This document shows positions 37,170 through 47,916 of a DNA stretch of 64,000 nt, one piece after another. Every line of letters begins with the position of its first letter. Position 1 is the first letter of the stretch. A model generated the notes under the pieces. The model ran no database searches. It was given only the letters and a program-made list of their open reading frames with translations, and had not been told where the DNA came from. This stretch comes from Dehalococcoidia bacterium. GTDB lineage: Bacteria; Chloroflexota; Dehalococcoidia; Bin125. The stretch covers positions 1,680,563-1,744,562 of the forward strand of contig OZ241849.1 in assembly GCA_965203165.1 (NCBI GenBank). The letters run 5' to 3'. The translations under genes were made by a program, and so were the position numbers.

Positions 37170-37484
37170 ATGGCCATGTACCGCCGAGTGCTGACGGGGC
37201 AAGTCGCGCCGGGCAAGCATCAGGACTTCCTGCGCGCGGTCGAGGCGGCGCTGAGCTACCAGGCGGCGCGGGGCATCGAGGCGCGCTTCTCCGTCTGGGA
37301 CGCAATCTCGGGCCCGGCCAGCCGGGTGGAGATCATCGCGGAGTTCGACAATCTGCTCGAGCTGGAGCAGTTCGAGGAGTTGGCCGCCCAGGACCAAAAA
37401 TTCGCCCAGTTGCGCCGCGCAGTGCGCGAGGCGATGGTCTTCGAGTCGACGGAGATCGCAATCTATCGGGTGCTGGTCGAATGA
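37170..37484 (+). CDS. Hypothetical small protein (possible dimeric alpha/beta-barrel, NIPSNAP/ABM-like)
   Basis: ORF with GC3 bias. Weak family resemblance only. Confidence 0.35.
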   Translation: MAMYRRVLTGQVAPGKHQDFLRAVEAALSYQAARGIEARFSVWDAISGPASRVEIIAEFDNLLELEQFEELAAQDQKFAQLRRAVREAMVFESTEIAIYRVLVE

Positions 37485-37799
37485 GAGCTGAGAGGCGCGG
37501 CGATGGTGCATGCTGATCCGCAGCGGAGGCGGGAGTACCGCGAGGCCTGGGAGGCCTGGCAGAAGCAGCTGGCGCGGCTGCACGAGGTGTTTCTGGAGGG
37601 CGAAGCGATCGCGCCGCCGCAACTCAAGGGCCTACTCAACCGCGAGGCGCGCGCGAAGCAGCGCTACGACGCGGCGCGGGAGGCGCTGCTCGGCTTGGGA
37701 CCGGCTGATGGGCGAATCAGCGCCGGGCGGATTGGACGCCCTCGCGCGCCAGACTTACACTCCGAGTGAGCGTTAGGGCGAGAGCAGCGGAGCGCTGAC

Positions 37800-38234
37800 T
37801 TGAGCGACGACTACGGCGTTGATCTGGATGAGATTCTGCGCGTGATTGAGCGCGCGGCGGTGCTGATCGTGCGCTTTGAGGTGCTCGAGCAGCGGCTGCT
37901 GGTGGACTTTCGCGCGGATGGGTCGGACGGGCCGATCATCACGCTGGTGGATCGGGTGAATTCGGCGGAGGAGCGCTTTCGGCATTTGAAGTCGCTGCGT
38001 CCGCGGATGCCGCTGCCGGAGCGGATTTTGTCGTTTCCCTGGCCGCGCGCGGTGGCGGCGTTCGATGAGGCTGGGGTGTGGGATCGGATTGCGGAGCGGC
38101 TGCGGGGTCTGGGCGTGGAGGAGGATGCGCTGGAGCGGACGCACCGCAGTCTGCATGAGGGCGAGGCGGCGGTGACGCTGGCGGCGATTCGGGGGGGCGA
38201 GGGTTTTCGCACGATTTGGGAGCGGGGCTCGTGA
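37800..38234 (+). CDS. Hypothetical protein (144 aa)
   Basis: ORF with GC3 bias, probably with a TTG start. No recognisable domain. Confidence 0.3.
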   Translation: MSDDYGVDLDEILRVIERAAVLIVRFEVLEQRLLVDFRADGSDGPIITLVDRVNSAEERFRHLKSLRPRMPLPERILSFPWPRAVAAFDEAGVWDRIAERLRGLGVEEDALERTHRSLHEGEAAVTLAAIRGGEGFRTIWERGS

Positions 38235-39328
38235 GCGGCTCTGGCGGCGCTGGGCTGCGGGTGATTGACTTTCGCAGCGACACGCTGACGCTGCCTTCGG
38301 CGGGGATGCGGGAGGCGATGGCGGCGGCGGCGCTGGGCGACGATGTGTTCGGCGAGGATCCGACGATCAACGAGTTGGAGCGTCGGGCGGCGGCGGTGGC
38401 GGGCAAGGAGGCGGCGCTGTTCGTGGCTTCGGGCACGATGGCGAATTTGACTTCGCTGCTGGCGCAGACGCAGCCGGGCGACGAGTTGATTGTGGGGCGT
38501 CTGGCGCACATTGTGCGTTCGGAGGCGGGCGGGGTTTCGCGGCTGGGTGGCGTGCTGGCGACGATTGTCGAGCAGGACGCGGACGGGGGGATTGATCCGG
38601 GCGCGGTGGCGGCGGCGGTGCGGACGGACGACATCCATCAGCCGCGCACGTCGCTGCTGGCGCTGGAGAACACGCACAATTTCTGCGGGGGGGCGGCGCT
38701 GCCGCCGGCGCGGATGCGGGAGTTGGCGGATACGGCGCACGCGCACGGTCTGCGGGTGCATGTGGACGGGGCGCGGATTTTCAACGCGGCGATCGCCTGC
38801 GGCTGCTCGGTGGCGGAGTTGGCGCGGGAGGCGGACAGCGTGTGCTTCTGCCTGTCGAAGGGTTTGGGCGCGCCGGTGGGCTCGGTGATTTGCGGCGATG
38901 GGGCGTTCATCGAGGAGTGCCGGCGGGTGCGCAAGCTGCTGGGGGGCGGCTGGCGTGAGGCGGGGATGCTGGCGGCGGCGGGGCTGTACGCGCTGGAGCA
39001 CAATGTGGAGCGGCTGGCGGATGATCACGACAATGCGCGTCGGCTGGCGCGGGGGCTGGCGGAGTTGGGCTATCCGATTCGACCCGAGGCGGTGCAGACG
39101 AACATCGTGATTTTTCCGCTGGAGCCGAGCGAGGCGCAGCCCAATCCGGCGCGGGGGCTGAGCGAGCGGCTGGCGGAGTTGGGGGTGCGGACTTCGCCGA
39201 TCGGGCGGGCGCAGCTGCGCTTTGTGACGCATCTGGATGTGGATCGCGCGGATGTCGACGAGACGCTTGGGCGGATTGCGGCGGCGGGCGTGGCGCCCGA
39301 TGTCGGGCCAGAGGGAGTCGCGCGTTGA
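38216..39328 (+). CDS. ltaE: Low-specificity L-threonine aldolase
   Basis: Beta-eliminating-lyase family motifs (FRSDTLTLP, ASGTMANL, PLP lysine CLSKGLGAPVGS). The true start may be the GTG at 38231. Confidence 0.8.
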   Translation: MGAGLVSGSGGAGLRVIDFRSDTLTLPSAGMREAMAAAALGDDVFGEDPTINELERRAAAVAGKEAALFVASGTMANLTSLLAQTQPGDELIVGRLAHIVRSEAGGVSRLGGVLATIVEQDADGGIDPGAVAAAVRTDDIHQPRTSLLALENTHNFCGGAALPPARMRELADTAHAHGLRVHVDGARIFNAAIACGCSVAELAREADSVCFCLSKGLGAPVGSVICGDGAFIEECRRVRKLLGGGWREAGMLAAAGLYALEHNVERLADDHDNARRLARGLAELGYPIRPEAVQTNIVIFPLEPSEAQPNPARGLSERLAELGVRTSPIGRAQLRFVTHLDVDRADVDETLGRIAAAGVAPDVGPEGVAR

Positions 39329-40077
39329 AGTTCGCGCGCCGCATTCTGGCGCTGGGGGGGGCGATCGTGGCGCTGGCGGCGCTGGCGGGCTGCTCGTCGC
39401 CGTCGCAGTTCGATGATCCGACCAATCCGGTGGCGCAGATTCCCTGGCCGGACTATGAGCGGTTGAGCTACGCGATTCTGGATCAGACGGATACGGAGTT
39501 GGGCACGTTTGTGATCGAGGTGGAGCGCGAGGGGGATGAGTGGGTGTTCACGCAGCGGTTCGATTTGGCGGCGACGGTGGAGGTGCGGCGGCTGCGGGTG
39601 GACGCGGAGACGCTGCGGCCGATTGAGCAGTCGCTGGAGTCGGAGTCGGGGGAGGAGCGGGTGAGCGTGCGCGGGGTCTACGGGGTCGATGCGGAGGGCG
39701 GGCTGTATGTGGATGCGGTGGTGGAGCAGGACGGGGAGCGGAAGTCGGAGCGGGTGGCGGCGGGTGAGTTCGCGTTCGACAACGACAGTTCGCCGTGGCT
39801 GTGGCGGAGCGTGGCGTTCGGGCCGGATTTGGAGTTGACCTATCGGTCGGTGAATGTGTTTCAGCGCCGGTCGCAGTTGGTGCAGTTGGCGGTGCGGGGT
39901 CAGGACACGCTGCGGGGTCCGGAGGGGGATGTGGTGGTGTGGCAGGTGGTGGTGACGCCGGGTGTGGAGATCAGTCGGGCGTGGTACGAGGTGGATGCGC
40001 CGCATCGTCTGATTCGGTGGGATCAGCAGCCGCGGCGGTATTTGCTGCGGGAGGTGTCGACGGTGCGGGGGGAGTGA
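39325..40077 (+). CDS. Hypothetical lipoprotein (signal peptide plus LAGCSS lipobox)
   Basis: TTG start overlapping the ltaE stop. Lipobox present. Confidence 0.5.
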   Translation: MKFARRILALGGAIVALAALAGCSSPSQFDDPTNPVAQIPWPDYERLSYAILDQTDTELGTFVIEVEREGDEWVFTQRFDLAATVEVRRLRVDAETLRPIEQSLESESGEERVSVRGVYGVDAEGGLYVDAVVEQDGERKSERVAAGEFAFDNDSSPWLWRSVAFGPDLELTYRSVNVFQRRSQLVQLAVRGQDTLRGPEGDVVVWQVVVTPGVEISRAWYEVDAPHRLIRWDQQPRRYLLREVSTVRGE

Positions 40078-40293
40078 TCGGGGGTGGGGCGGCGATGCGC
40101 GGCGGCCTGCCTCTGGCAGGATGCTCACTTTTCCACGTTATCTACAACGCCTCTCCAGCTCGCCTTGGCTGCCTAGTTCCCAGCTCGCTCAGGCTCACAT
40201 CACGCTGCTCACCGTCGCGCGCCCGTATCCCCTCTCGCTTCGGCTCTATGGGCGCTCTCGCCGCCGCCATCGCCTTCGCGCCCATCTGGTCAG

Positions 40294-42771
40294 ATGAAAA
40301 AGCTCGCTGTCGTGCCGGGGACGCCCGTCGCACATGCGCGGGCTGCGCTGCCGGGATCGCGGCCAGATTCGGACGGCGGCCGAGTGTGGAGCCTGGCTGC
40401 CTCGCATGCGAGAATACATGATTGCGCGATACCTGATCTCGGGGGGAGGGGGGGGATACGATCCCTCGTCCGTAGCCCCTGGCGGCTGACCCTTGCGCTG
40501 GCGGCGCTCATCGCCGTCGCCGCGCTAGCCGTCTTCTCTCTCAACACGCCGGTGAACGCCGACGCCTACCAGCCCGAGGTCCTGTTCGGTTCATGCACTG
40601 AGGTGACGGAACCGGTGTGCGTGGACGAAGAGGAACCCGGCGACGACATTGAGGTGATGGGCCTCAAGGCCATCCAAATTTCGTCGGGCACCAGCTTCGT
40701 CCTGACGCTCGGCCACGACGGCACCATCTCCTGCTGGGGCGAAACCGACGCGGTTGAGGCGATTCTCTGTGGCGTGCCGGACATCAAAGTCCAGCGGGGC
40801 AACAATGTGCGCCTGACCGCCGGCGAGAAGGCGGTTGTCGTTCTCAACGCTCACGGCCGCCCGGCGATCGATGAGACCGGCCAGGAGCCGACCCAGGGCA
40901 ACCGCTACCTGGTCGATCAGGAGGAAGTCCGCTGGTCCCAGGTCGCGGCCGGCAATGTGCATTCTTGCGGCATCACCACCGAGGGCGAGGTCTACTGCTA
41001 GGGCTCGTCCCGCGTTCTCCCCGCCATCCTGATCCCGATGGGACTTCTCGGGCTGGAAACAGACCGCGAGATCCCCAACCCGCGCTTCTATAAAGTCGCC
41101 GTGGGCGACGCGCACATCTGCGTGCTGGAGCACGAGGCGAACGTGAACAGCGACGGTGATGTGCTCATGGGGGACACCCAAGTCCGCGCCGGTCAGATTG
41201 CCGCCGGCAGCATCGTCTGCTGGGGCGACAACTCCTCCGGCTAGACCGATGTGCCGGGCGATCCGCATCCCGCCCACCGACCGCCACTTGCGCCCGAGGC
41301 TGCGTCGCCCAGCGGCGATGCCGGTGGCCCCGACAGCGATGGCACTCCCGAGTCGAAGCACATGTACGTCGACGTCACCGCCGGCGCCAACCACACCTGC
41401 GCAGTGCGCACCAGCGGCATTGTCGACTGCTGGGGCAGTGACTCACACGGCCAGAGCAGCGTGCCGATGCAACTGCGGGTGGAATTCGATCCGCCGTCCC
41501 AACCGGCGGTGATCGGCCCCGATGGTCAGTTGACGACTCTGGAGGAGGCCCGCCAGGGCCGGTTCCACAGCATTGAAGCCGGCGAGAACTACACCTGCGC
41601 GATCAACGCTGAGGGCGGCACGCTGTGCTGGGGCGCCAACATCGGCGCGAACCCGAGCGCGGTTGAGACCGTCAGCGACGCGGGCGTGGGCGGCACCGGC
41701 GAAACCGCCGTCACGAGCATGAGCATTGAGGCCGGCTACGCGGCAGGCCAGGAGTACCCGCCGGCCGGCGAGTACACCCAGATCAGCGCGGGCCGCTGGC
41801 ACGCCTGCGCGCTGCACACCTGGGACGAATTCCCGATGCGCGCCGTGAACCCTGAGGCTCCCGAGCCGGCGGCGCTGCAGGCGGTGGACGCTTCCGGGCG
41901 GCCGATCGAGCCGACGCTGCAGATCTCGCTCTCGGACGGAGCCCCTGCCAATCTGGACTGCTGGGGCAACGACGCCGGCCTCGACGGATCGGGCGGCCGG
42001 ATCAACACTGGTCGCGCAGTTCCGCCCAGCGATCTGATTCGCCGTACCAATGACAACCGGCAGGCGAGGATCACTCCTCTCAGCTGGAATCAGATCTCGG
42101 CCGGCGGCACCTTCAGCTGCGGCATCGTCAACATCGCCGGCGGCGTCGGTTCGCCGCCGCCCACTAGCGCAGGAGCGGCTGACGGCGGCCTCTTCAGCGC
42201 GACGGCGGCTGTGGAGGAAGGCGCAGTCGCTTGCTGGGGCCTCATCAACGACAACGATGTCCCGTCTCCTCACGTGATCCACACCAGGGGCACGACAAAG
42301 ATCGTCACAGTGTGCAGCGACGAAACGGTCGGCGGCAAGGCAACCATCTCCGATGGCTGGGGCAAGATCCGCGGCCGCGTTTCCGACGAGGGCGGCTTGC
42401 AGCTGGCCTTCAGTGTGATCCAGACCGGCCCGGACTTCTGGATCGAGCCGGAGTTCGGCTTCGTGCCGAGCGAGGGCAACATGGCGGTCGGCCGCTGGTA
42501 CTACAGCGAGATGATGAGCGTGCCGCGCTACGCCGACAGCGGAACGGGCAAGCCGCTGGACGCCTCAGCGTGCGACTGCGGCGACATGCAGGTCGGCCGG
42601 ATCGCGGTGCGGCTGCTGCCCAGCGGGCACTGGGAGCTCGCGCTGGCGACGCCCACCGGCGACGATCTGGTGATGGCCAACCTCCCGGACAACCACAACC
42701 GCGTTCCCACCCCGGCCGAGACCGGCAAGTGGTGGACCACCGACTGGATCAAGTGGCACGACGCCCCCTAG
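40294..42771 (+). pseudogene. RCC1-repeat (beta-propeller) membrane-anchored or secreted protein interrupted by two in-frame TAG codons (at 40999-41001 and about 41245-41247). Either a pseudogene or a candidate for amber read-through
   Basis: The three track ORFs (40294..41001, 41038..41244, 41251..42771) share one frame. The TAGs sit where the repeat consensus has W (GEVYC-TAG-G vs TISCWGE) and Q (CWGDNSSG-TAG-TDVP vs CWGSDSHGQSSVP). Confidence 0.5.
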
Positions 42772-43086
42772 CGCCGCGCCAGTAGCCCGCGCGCCCAACT
42801 CATCGGGCGCGCGGAGAACACCACGAGGCGGGCGGCTCCTCACGGAGCCGCCCGCCTCTGCGTTCAGCGCCTGCGCGCAAGACGTTCAGCGGCCTGCGCG
42901 CGGCAGGGCCATGATCGCAGCGGTGTCGGTCTGTCGTTCCGCTCAACAAGTCCCGATGGAGATCCCTGTGCGCTTTGCGGTTGTGGCATTTCCTGGGATG
43001 TGGAGCGAATTGGGACTGCATCTATGCGCTGCGGGGGTTTGGCCTGTTCACACATACCGCACGCTTCGTGATTCTCCCGCGCCCCG

Positions 43087-43330
43087 CCTCCGTCATACCC
43101 GCGCTTGCCGCGCGCGGATATCTCGCCGCGGTGAGGGCCAAGCAACCGTCCACGCCTCCCACAGCCTCGCGCGTCACCCCCATTGGGTGCCGCCGGACAT
43201 CTGGATTGGGGTGTTGCGCTGCGCGAGAGGGTCTGCGCAGGAACGACCGGAGAGGGTGGCGGAGGCAGGCGCGGGGCTCCGTGCAGAGCTCGGCGAGATA
43301 CCCGCGGCGAGCGCGGGTATGACGGAGTTG
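43087..43330. repeat. MITE-like unit: inverted REP1 copies (43089-43130 and 43293-43328) bracketing about 160 bp
   Basis: ccgtcatacccgcgcttgccgcg ... cgcggcgagcgcgggtatgacgg in inverted orientation. A GTTCACAC flank motif lies at about 43044. Confidence 0.5.
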
Positions 43331-43391
43331 ATTTAGCGCAGGTAGGGCGGAGTTGGAGGGCGGGGGTGGCGGGGTGGTGGTGGTGTGGGCG

Positions 43392-44774
43392 CTAGTAGCG
43401 CTTGTTCCAGGCGGTGGCGCGCTCGGTGAAGATGTTGGGGTTGGCTACCCAGTCGGCGTAGCCGATTTGACGGTTGTTGGTGAGCCAGTTGATGCGGGCG
43501 TCTAGGCAGTTGAGCAGCTGGGCGTCTTCGACGCGGAGCGAGAAGCCGCCGTATTCGACGGCGGGGTCGTAGGCGGTGACGGCGAGCGCGCCGGCGGAGG
43601 CCTGGACGGCGTCGGCGTTGCCCAGTTCGCCGCGGGCGAGGCCGTCGATTTGGCCGTCGAGCACTGCGGCGATGTAGGCCGACTCGTCGTCGCCCATGTA
43701 GATCACCTGCGGCAGGTCGGCATTGGGCGGGACCAAGCGGGTGCGGCCGGCGACGTTTTCGGTTTGCTCGGAGGAGGTGATCGTGAACGCGGCGCTGCCG
43801 TCGGCGACGACTACGCCGTTGGGCGTCTCGATCCGCGTTCCCGCCGCCAGCGCGCCGTCTTCGTCGGCCAGCCCGGCCAGCTGGAGCAGGCGCGCTTCGC
43901 CGGTGGTGCCGGGGACTGCGCCGATGCGGTCGTCGGAGGTGAGGTCGGCGTGGGTGCGGATGCGGTCGGCGTCGGCGGCGCGGACGAGCAGCGTCTGGCG
44001 GAAGGCGATGTGGCCGGAGGTGAAGGCGACGGCGACGCGCCCGTTGTGGTCCATCGTGCGGCTTTCGAGGATCGTGATGCCGCCGCCGACCATGTCGAAT
44101 TCGGGCTTGGTGGGCGAGAGCCAGATGTCGGACCAGACGCCGATCGGGATGCGCTCGAACGAGAGGCCGGTCTGATCCATCGTCTCGATCGCGTTGATCA
44201 GCGCCGCCTCGTAGCCGCGGTGGTCGCGGTAGCCGGACGATTCCGGGTCGCCGTCGGCGCTGTAGCTGACGGGCTCGAAGAAGGCGAAGAAGCCGAGCTT
44301 GAGGCGCTGTTCACCGCCGCAACAGAGCAGCGGCAGCGCAATTCCGCGGCTGTGGAGCCAGGAGGTGAAGCTGCGCAGGGGCGGGATGTAGCGGTCGTCG
44401 GGCAGCAGGCGGGCGTCGCTCCCGTCGACGCGGATGCCCCACTCGAAGCGTCCGTCGGCGATGCGGCGGGCGACGACGCGGGCGGCGCGTCCGTCGGGCA
44501 GCGCGATTTCGGAGCTGCGCAGCCAACCGGTCGCGCCGCGATCCAGCGAGACGAAGCGGCGCTCGGGCAGGATTGTCCGGCCGCCGATCTGGAGGCCGAA
44601 CTCGACGCGGCGGTTCTCCGCGAGGCGGGCGACCACCTGCGCGTAGTCGCCCGTGCAGCCGGCAGGTGGGGCTGGCAAAAAGCCGTTGGCTGCGACTTGC
44701 CCAAAGCCGGCGAGCGCGGCGGCGATGAGCGCGAGCAGGAAGGCGGGGCGGAGCAGGCGGGCGGTGAGCGTCAT
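43392..44774 (-). CDS. Secreted family-3 solute-binding-protein-like protein (SBP_bac_3 domain) with an N-terminal extension
   Basis: Signal peptide and the C-terminal periplasmic binding fold (GFFAFFEPVSY..., IPIGVWSDIWLSPT). Confidence 0.6.
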   Translation of the reverse strand: MTLTARLLRPAFLLALIAAALAGFGQVAANGFLPAPPAGCTGDYAQVVARLAENRRVEFGLQIGGRTILPERRFVSLDRGATGWLRSSEIALPDGRAARVVARRIADGRFEWGIRVDGSDARLLPDDRYIPPLRSFTSWLHSRGIALPLLCCGGEQRLKLGFFAFFEPVSYSADGDPESSGYRDHRGYEAALINAIETMDQTGLSFERIPIGVWSDIWLSPTKPEFDMVGGGITILESRTMDHNGRVAVAFTSGHIAFRQTLLVRAADADRIRTHADLTSDDRIGAVPGTTGEARLLQLAGLADEDGALAAGTRIETPNGVVVADGSAAFTITSSEQTENVAGRTRLVPPNADLPQVIYMGDDESAYIAAVLDGQIDGLARGELGNADAVQASAGALAVTAYDPAVEYGGFSLRVEDAQLLNCLDARINWLTNNRQIGYADWVANPNIFTERATAWNKRY

Positions 44775-44827
44775 TTTGGGAGGGCCAATCTGTGGGGGGT
44801 GTGGTGTTGGGCTAGGGCGTGTTCACG

Positions 44828-45125
44828 AATCCGTCGTTCCTGCCTGCGCGTGGGTTCCTGCCTGCGCAGGAATGACGGAAGGGGGCGCGATGTGGATGAG
44901 CGGGGCGCGGCGCGATTGGTGGGCTGGTTCGCGGTGCGATTGGTGGGCTGGCGCGCGGCGCGATTGGCGGGCTGGCACGCGGTGCGATTGGTGGGCTGGT
45001 TCGCGGCGTTCCACCCCCCACCTAACCTCCCCCCTGGAAGGGGGGAGGGATGAATTGGGGAAGGGGCGAGTATTGGGGTGGGTTCCTGCCTGCGCGTGGG
45101 TTCCTGCCTGCGCAGGAATGACGGA
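44828..45125. repeat. Composite repeat: REP2 doublet direct repeats (44828-44880 and 45079-45125) flanking a 24-bp x4 tandem (gcgattggtgggctggttcgcggt, about 44911-45005) and the GGGGAGGGATGAATTGGGG palindrome motif
   Basis: Seen directly in the sequence. Confidence 0.8.
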
Positions 45126-45157
45126 TTTGCGGGGGCGGCGGGAAGTGTGGACATGTT

Positions 45158-46420
45158 CTAGCCGATCCGGCGGAAGATGAGGCAGGCGTTTTGGCCGCCG
45201 AAGCCGAATGAGTTTTTGAGTGTGACCCGCACATCGGCCTCGCGGGCGGTGTTGGGCACGTAGTCGAGGTCGCAGTCGGGGTCGGCGTGCGCGTAGTTGA
45301 TCGTGGGGTGGATGCGGCCGTCGAGCATGCCTTTGATCGCGGCGATTGATTCGAGTCCGCCCGCGCCGCCGAAGGCGTGGCCGATCATCGACTTGGTTGA
45401 GGAGATGGCGACGCCGGCGGCGGCTTCGCCCAGCGCCTGCTTGATCGCGCGGGTTTCCGAAGCGTCGTTGAGCGGCGTCGAGGTGCCGTGCGCGTTGATG
45501 TGGTCGATCTCCTCCGGCTCGACGCCGGCGTCGTCCATCGCCCAGCGGATGGCGCGGACGGGGCCGGCTCCGTCGGCGTCGGGCATGACGAGGTGGTGGG
45601 CGTCGGCGCTGGAGCCGAAGCCGGCGATCTCGATCTGGAACTCGGCACCGCGGGCGCGGGCGGATTCCTCGCTCTCGAGGATCAACACGCCTGCGCCTTC
45701 GGCGGGGACGAAGCCGTCGCGCTGCGCGTCAAAGGGGCGGCTGGCCTCTTGGGGGTGTTCGTTGTTGGCGGTGAGCGCGCGCATCACGGCGAAGCCGCCC
45801 AGACCGAGCTGGCAGAAGCCGGCCTCGCATCCGCCGGTGATCACGATGTCGGCCTGGCCGCGGCGGATCACGTCGGCGGCTTCGCCGATCGCCTGGGTGC
45901 CGGCGGCGCAGGCGGTGACGACGGTGGTGTTGTAGCCGAGCAGGCCGAACTGCATCGCAATGTTGGCGGCGGCCATGTTGGGCAGCACGCGGGGGATGAA
46001 GAGCGGGTCGAGGCGCATGCCGCCGCGGTCGATCAGCTTGCGGGCGCCGTCCTCCAGCTCGGGGTAGCCGCCGCTGCCGTTGCCCAGCACGACGCCGATT
46101 CGCGCGCGGTCGAGCGCGTCGAGATCCAGCCCGGCGTCGTCCACCGCCTCGCGGGCGGCGGCCACGGCGAGTTGGGAGAAGCGCGCCATGCGCCGGGCCG
46201 ACTTGCGGTCCATGAAGTCCTGCGGATGAAAGTCGCGGATTTCGCCGCCGATGGTGCAGGAGAAGCCCTCGACGTCGAAGAGCGCGATCGGCTCGATGCC
46301 GCTCTCGCCGGCCAGGGCGCGCCGCCAGAATGTCTCGACGCCGTTACCCAGCGGCGAAAGCGCGCCCATGCCGGTGACGACGACGCGGGTGCGATCGGGG
46401 CGCGTGCGATCGTCCCCCAT
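45158..46420 (-). CDS. fabF: 3-oxoacyl-ACP synthase II
   Basis: KAS-II active-site regions (VTACAAG, HGTSTPLND, GHAFGGAGG). Start chosen at MGDDRT. Confidence 0.9.
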   Translation of the reverse strand: MGDDRTRPDRTRVVVTGMGALSPLGNGVETFWRRALAGESGIEPIALFDVEGFSCTIGGEIRDFHPQDFMDRKSARRMARFSQLAVAAAREAVDDAGLDLDALDRARIGVVLGNGSGGYPELEDGARKLIDRGGMRLDPLFIPRVLPNMAAANIAMQFGLLGYNTTVVTACAAGTQAIGEAADVIRRGQADIVITGGCEAGFCQLGLGGFAVMRALTANNEHPQEASRPFDAQRDGFVPAEGAGVLILESEESARARGAEFQIEIAGFGSSADAHHLVMPDADGAGPVRAIRWAMDDAGVEPEEIDHINAHGTSTPLNDASETRAIKQALGEAAAGVAISSTKSMIGHAFGGAGGLESIAAIKGMLDGRIHPTINYAHADPDCDLDYVPNTAREADVRVTLKNSFGFGGQNACLIFRRIG

Positions 46421-46422
46421 GG

Positions 46423-47892
46423 CTAGCGCTCGCGCTCGGCGGCCGGCGAGGCGTCCGGCTCGTCGGTCGCCAGGGCGTCGGCGTTGCGGAGGCAAGCGCG
46501 GGCGTTGGCGGCGAGCGAGAGCGAGCCGAGCACGGCGACCAGGTCCTCATCGCCGCCGGCCAGCTCGCGGGCGGCGGCGAGGGCCGACTCGACCGAGGGC
46601 GCGATCGCGACGGAGCCGTTCCAGTCGGCGAAGGCGGCGGTGAGGTCGGCGGCGGGGCGTGAGCGGGGGTGGTCGGAGGCGGTCAGGACGACCGCGGCGG
46701 CGCGCTCGCTGATTGCGGCGGCGATCGCGTCGAGCGCCTTGTCGCCGAGCACGCCGAGCACGACGATCAGCCGCTCGTGGGGAAAGTATTCACGCAGCGC
46801 ATCGAGCGCGCGCTGCACGGACTCGCCGTTGTGCGCGCCGTCGACGACGAGCCGCGGGGTGGCGCGCCCGCCGCGCAGCGCCTCGGGCCATTGCAGCTCT
46901 TCGAGCCGCCCGGGCCACTGCACGGTCGCCAGCCCGCTGTGGACGGCGGACTGGGGGATTTCGAGTCCCTGGGCGCGGAGCAGGTCCAGCGCGGCGACGG
47001 CGGTTGCGGCGTTCTCGATCTGGAAGTCGCCCAGCAGCGGGATCAGCAGCAGTTGCTCTTCCGGCTCGCCGGGGCGCGGCTCGCGCCGCCGCAGTCGGAA
47101 CCACTGCCCCCACGGCTCGACGCCGGCGGGCGTCCATTCGTAGGCGGCGGCGACTTCGACCAACGGCGTGGGCAGATCGTCGGCGGCGTTGCGAATTACC
47201 GCGGCGGCGGCTTCGGAGCGCTGCGGCCCCAGCACCGCGACATGCGTGCCGGCGGTCATGATGCCGGCTTTTTCGGCGGCGATCTGCTCGATGCGGTTGC
47301 CCAGGATGTCGGTGTGCTCGTAGGACAGCGCGGTGATCACCGCGGCGTCTTTCTCGCCGAAGACATTGGTGCAGTCGAGCCGCCCGCCGAGGCCGACTTC
47401 GACGACCTGGATGTCGACCTCATCGTCCCAGAAGGCGTGGAAGGCGAGCGCGGTGAGCAGCTCGAAGGTGCTGATGTGGCCCGGCTGGGCGGCGAGCTCG
47501 GCCTCGACGTGGACGCGCAGCTCGTTCGTCAGCGCGGTGAAGTATTCCTCGGGCAGCGGCTGGCCGTCGATGCGGATCCGCTCGCTGAAGGAGTGGAGGT
47601 GCGGGCTGGTGAAGAGGCCGGTGTGGAGGCCGGCGGCGCGCAGGCAGGACTCGATCATCGCGGCGGTGGAGCCTTTGCCCTTGGAGCCGGCGATGTGGAC
47701 GGTGCGGCGGCCGAGTTGGGGGGAGTCCATGCGGCGCAGCAGGGAGCCGATGCGGTCGAGCGCGAACATCGGTCGCGAGCGGCGCGGGAGCGAGCCGCGC
47801 TCGAAGTCGGCGAAGCTCATCAGCCAGTCGGTCGCGGCCTTGTAGGAGGTGATCGCGGTTGGCTCGGTGGGCGCGGGCCGGGTCTCGCTCAT
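46423..47892 (-). CDS. folC: Bifunctional folylpolyglutamate synthase / dihydrofolate synthase
   Basis: Mur-ligase family P-loop (IAGSKGKGST) and FolC domains. Start chosen at MSETRPAP. The track's 612-aa version runs through a repeated leader segment. Confidence 0.8.
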   Translation of the reverse strand: MSETRPAPTEPTAITSYKAATDWLMSFADFERGSLPRRSRPMFALDRIGSLLRRMDSPQLGRRTVHIAGSKGKGSTAAMIESCLRAAGLHTGLFTSPHLHSFSERIRIDGQPLPEEYFTALTNELRVHVEAELAAQPGHISTFELLTALAFHAFWDDEVDIQVVEVGLGGRLDCTNVFGEKDAAVITALSYEHTDILGNRIEQIAAEKAGIMTAGTHVAVLGPQRSEAAAAVIRNAADDLPTPLVEVAAAYEWTPAGVEPWGQWFRLRRREPRPGEPEEQLLLIPLLGDFQIENAATAVAALDLLRAQGLEIPQSAVHSGLATVQWPGRLEELQWPEALRGGRATPRLVVDGAHNGESVQRALDALREYFPHERLIVVLGVLGDKALDAIAAAISERAAAVVLTASDHPRSRPAADLTAAFADWNGSVAIAPSVESALAAARELAGGDEDLVAVLGSLSLAANARACLRNADALATDEPDASPAAERER

Positions 47893-47916
47893 TGCGCTTC
47901 GCTTCCTCTGCCTGCG

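Noticed and set aside
37503-37769. 88-aa ORF (MVHADPQRRREYREAW...)
   Set aside because: Short and Arg-rich, with no domain. Could be real, but support is insufficient to call.
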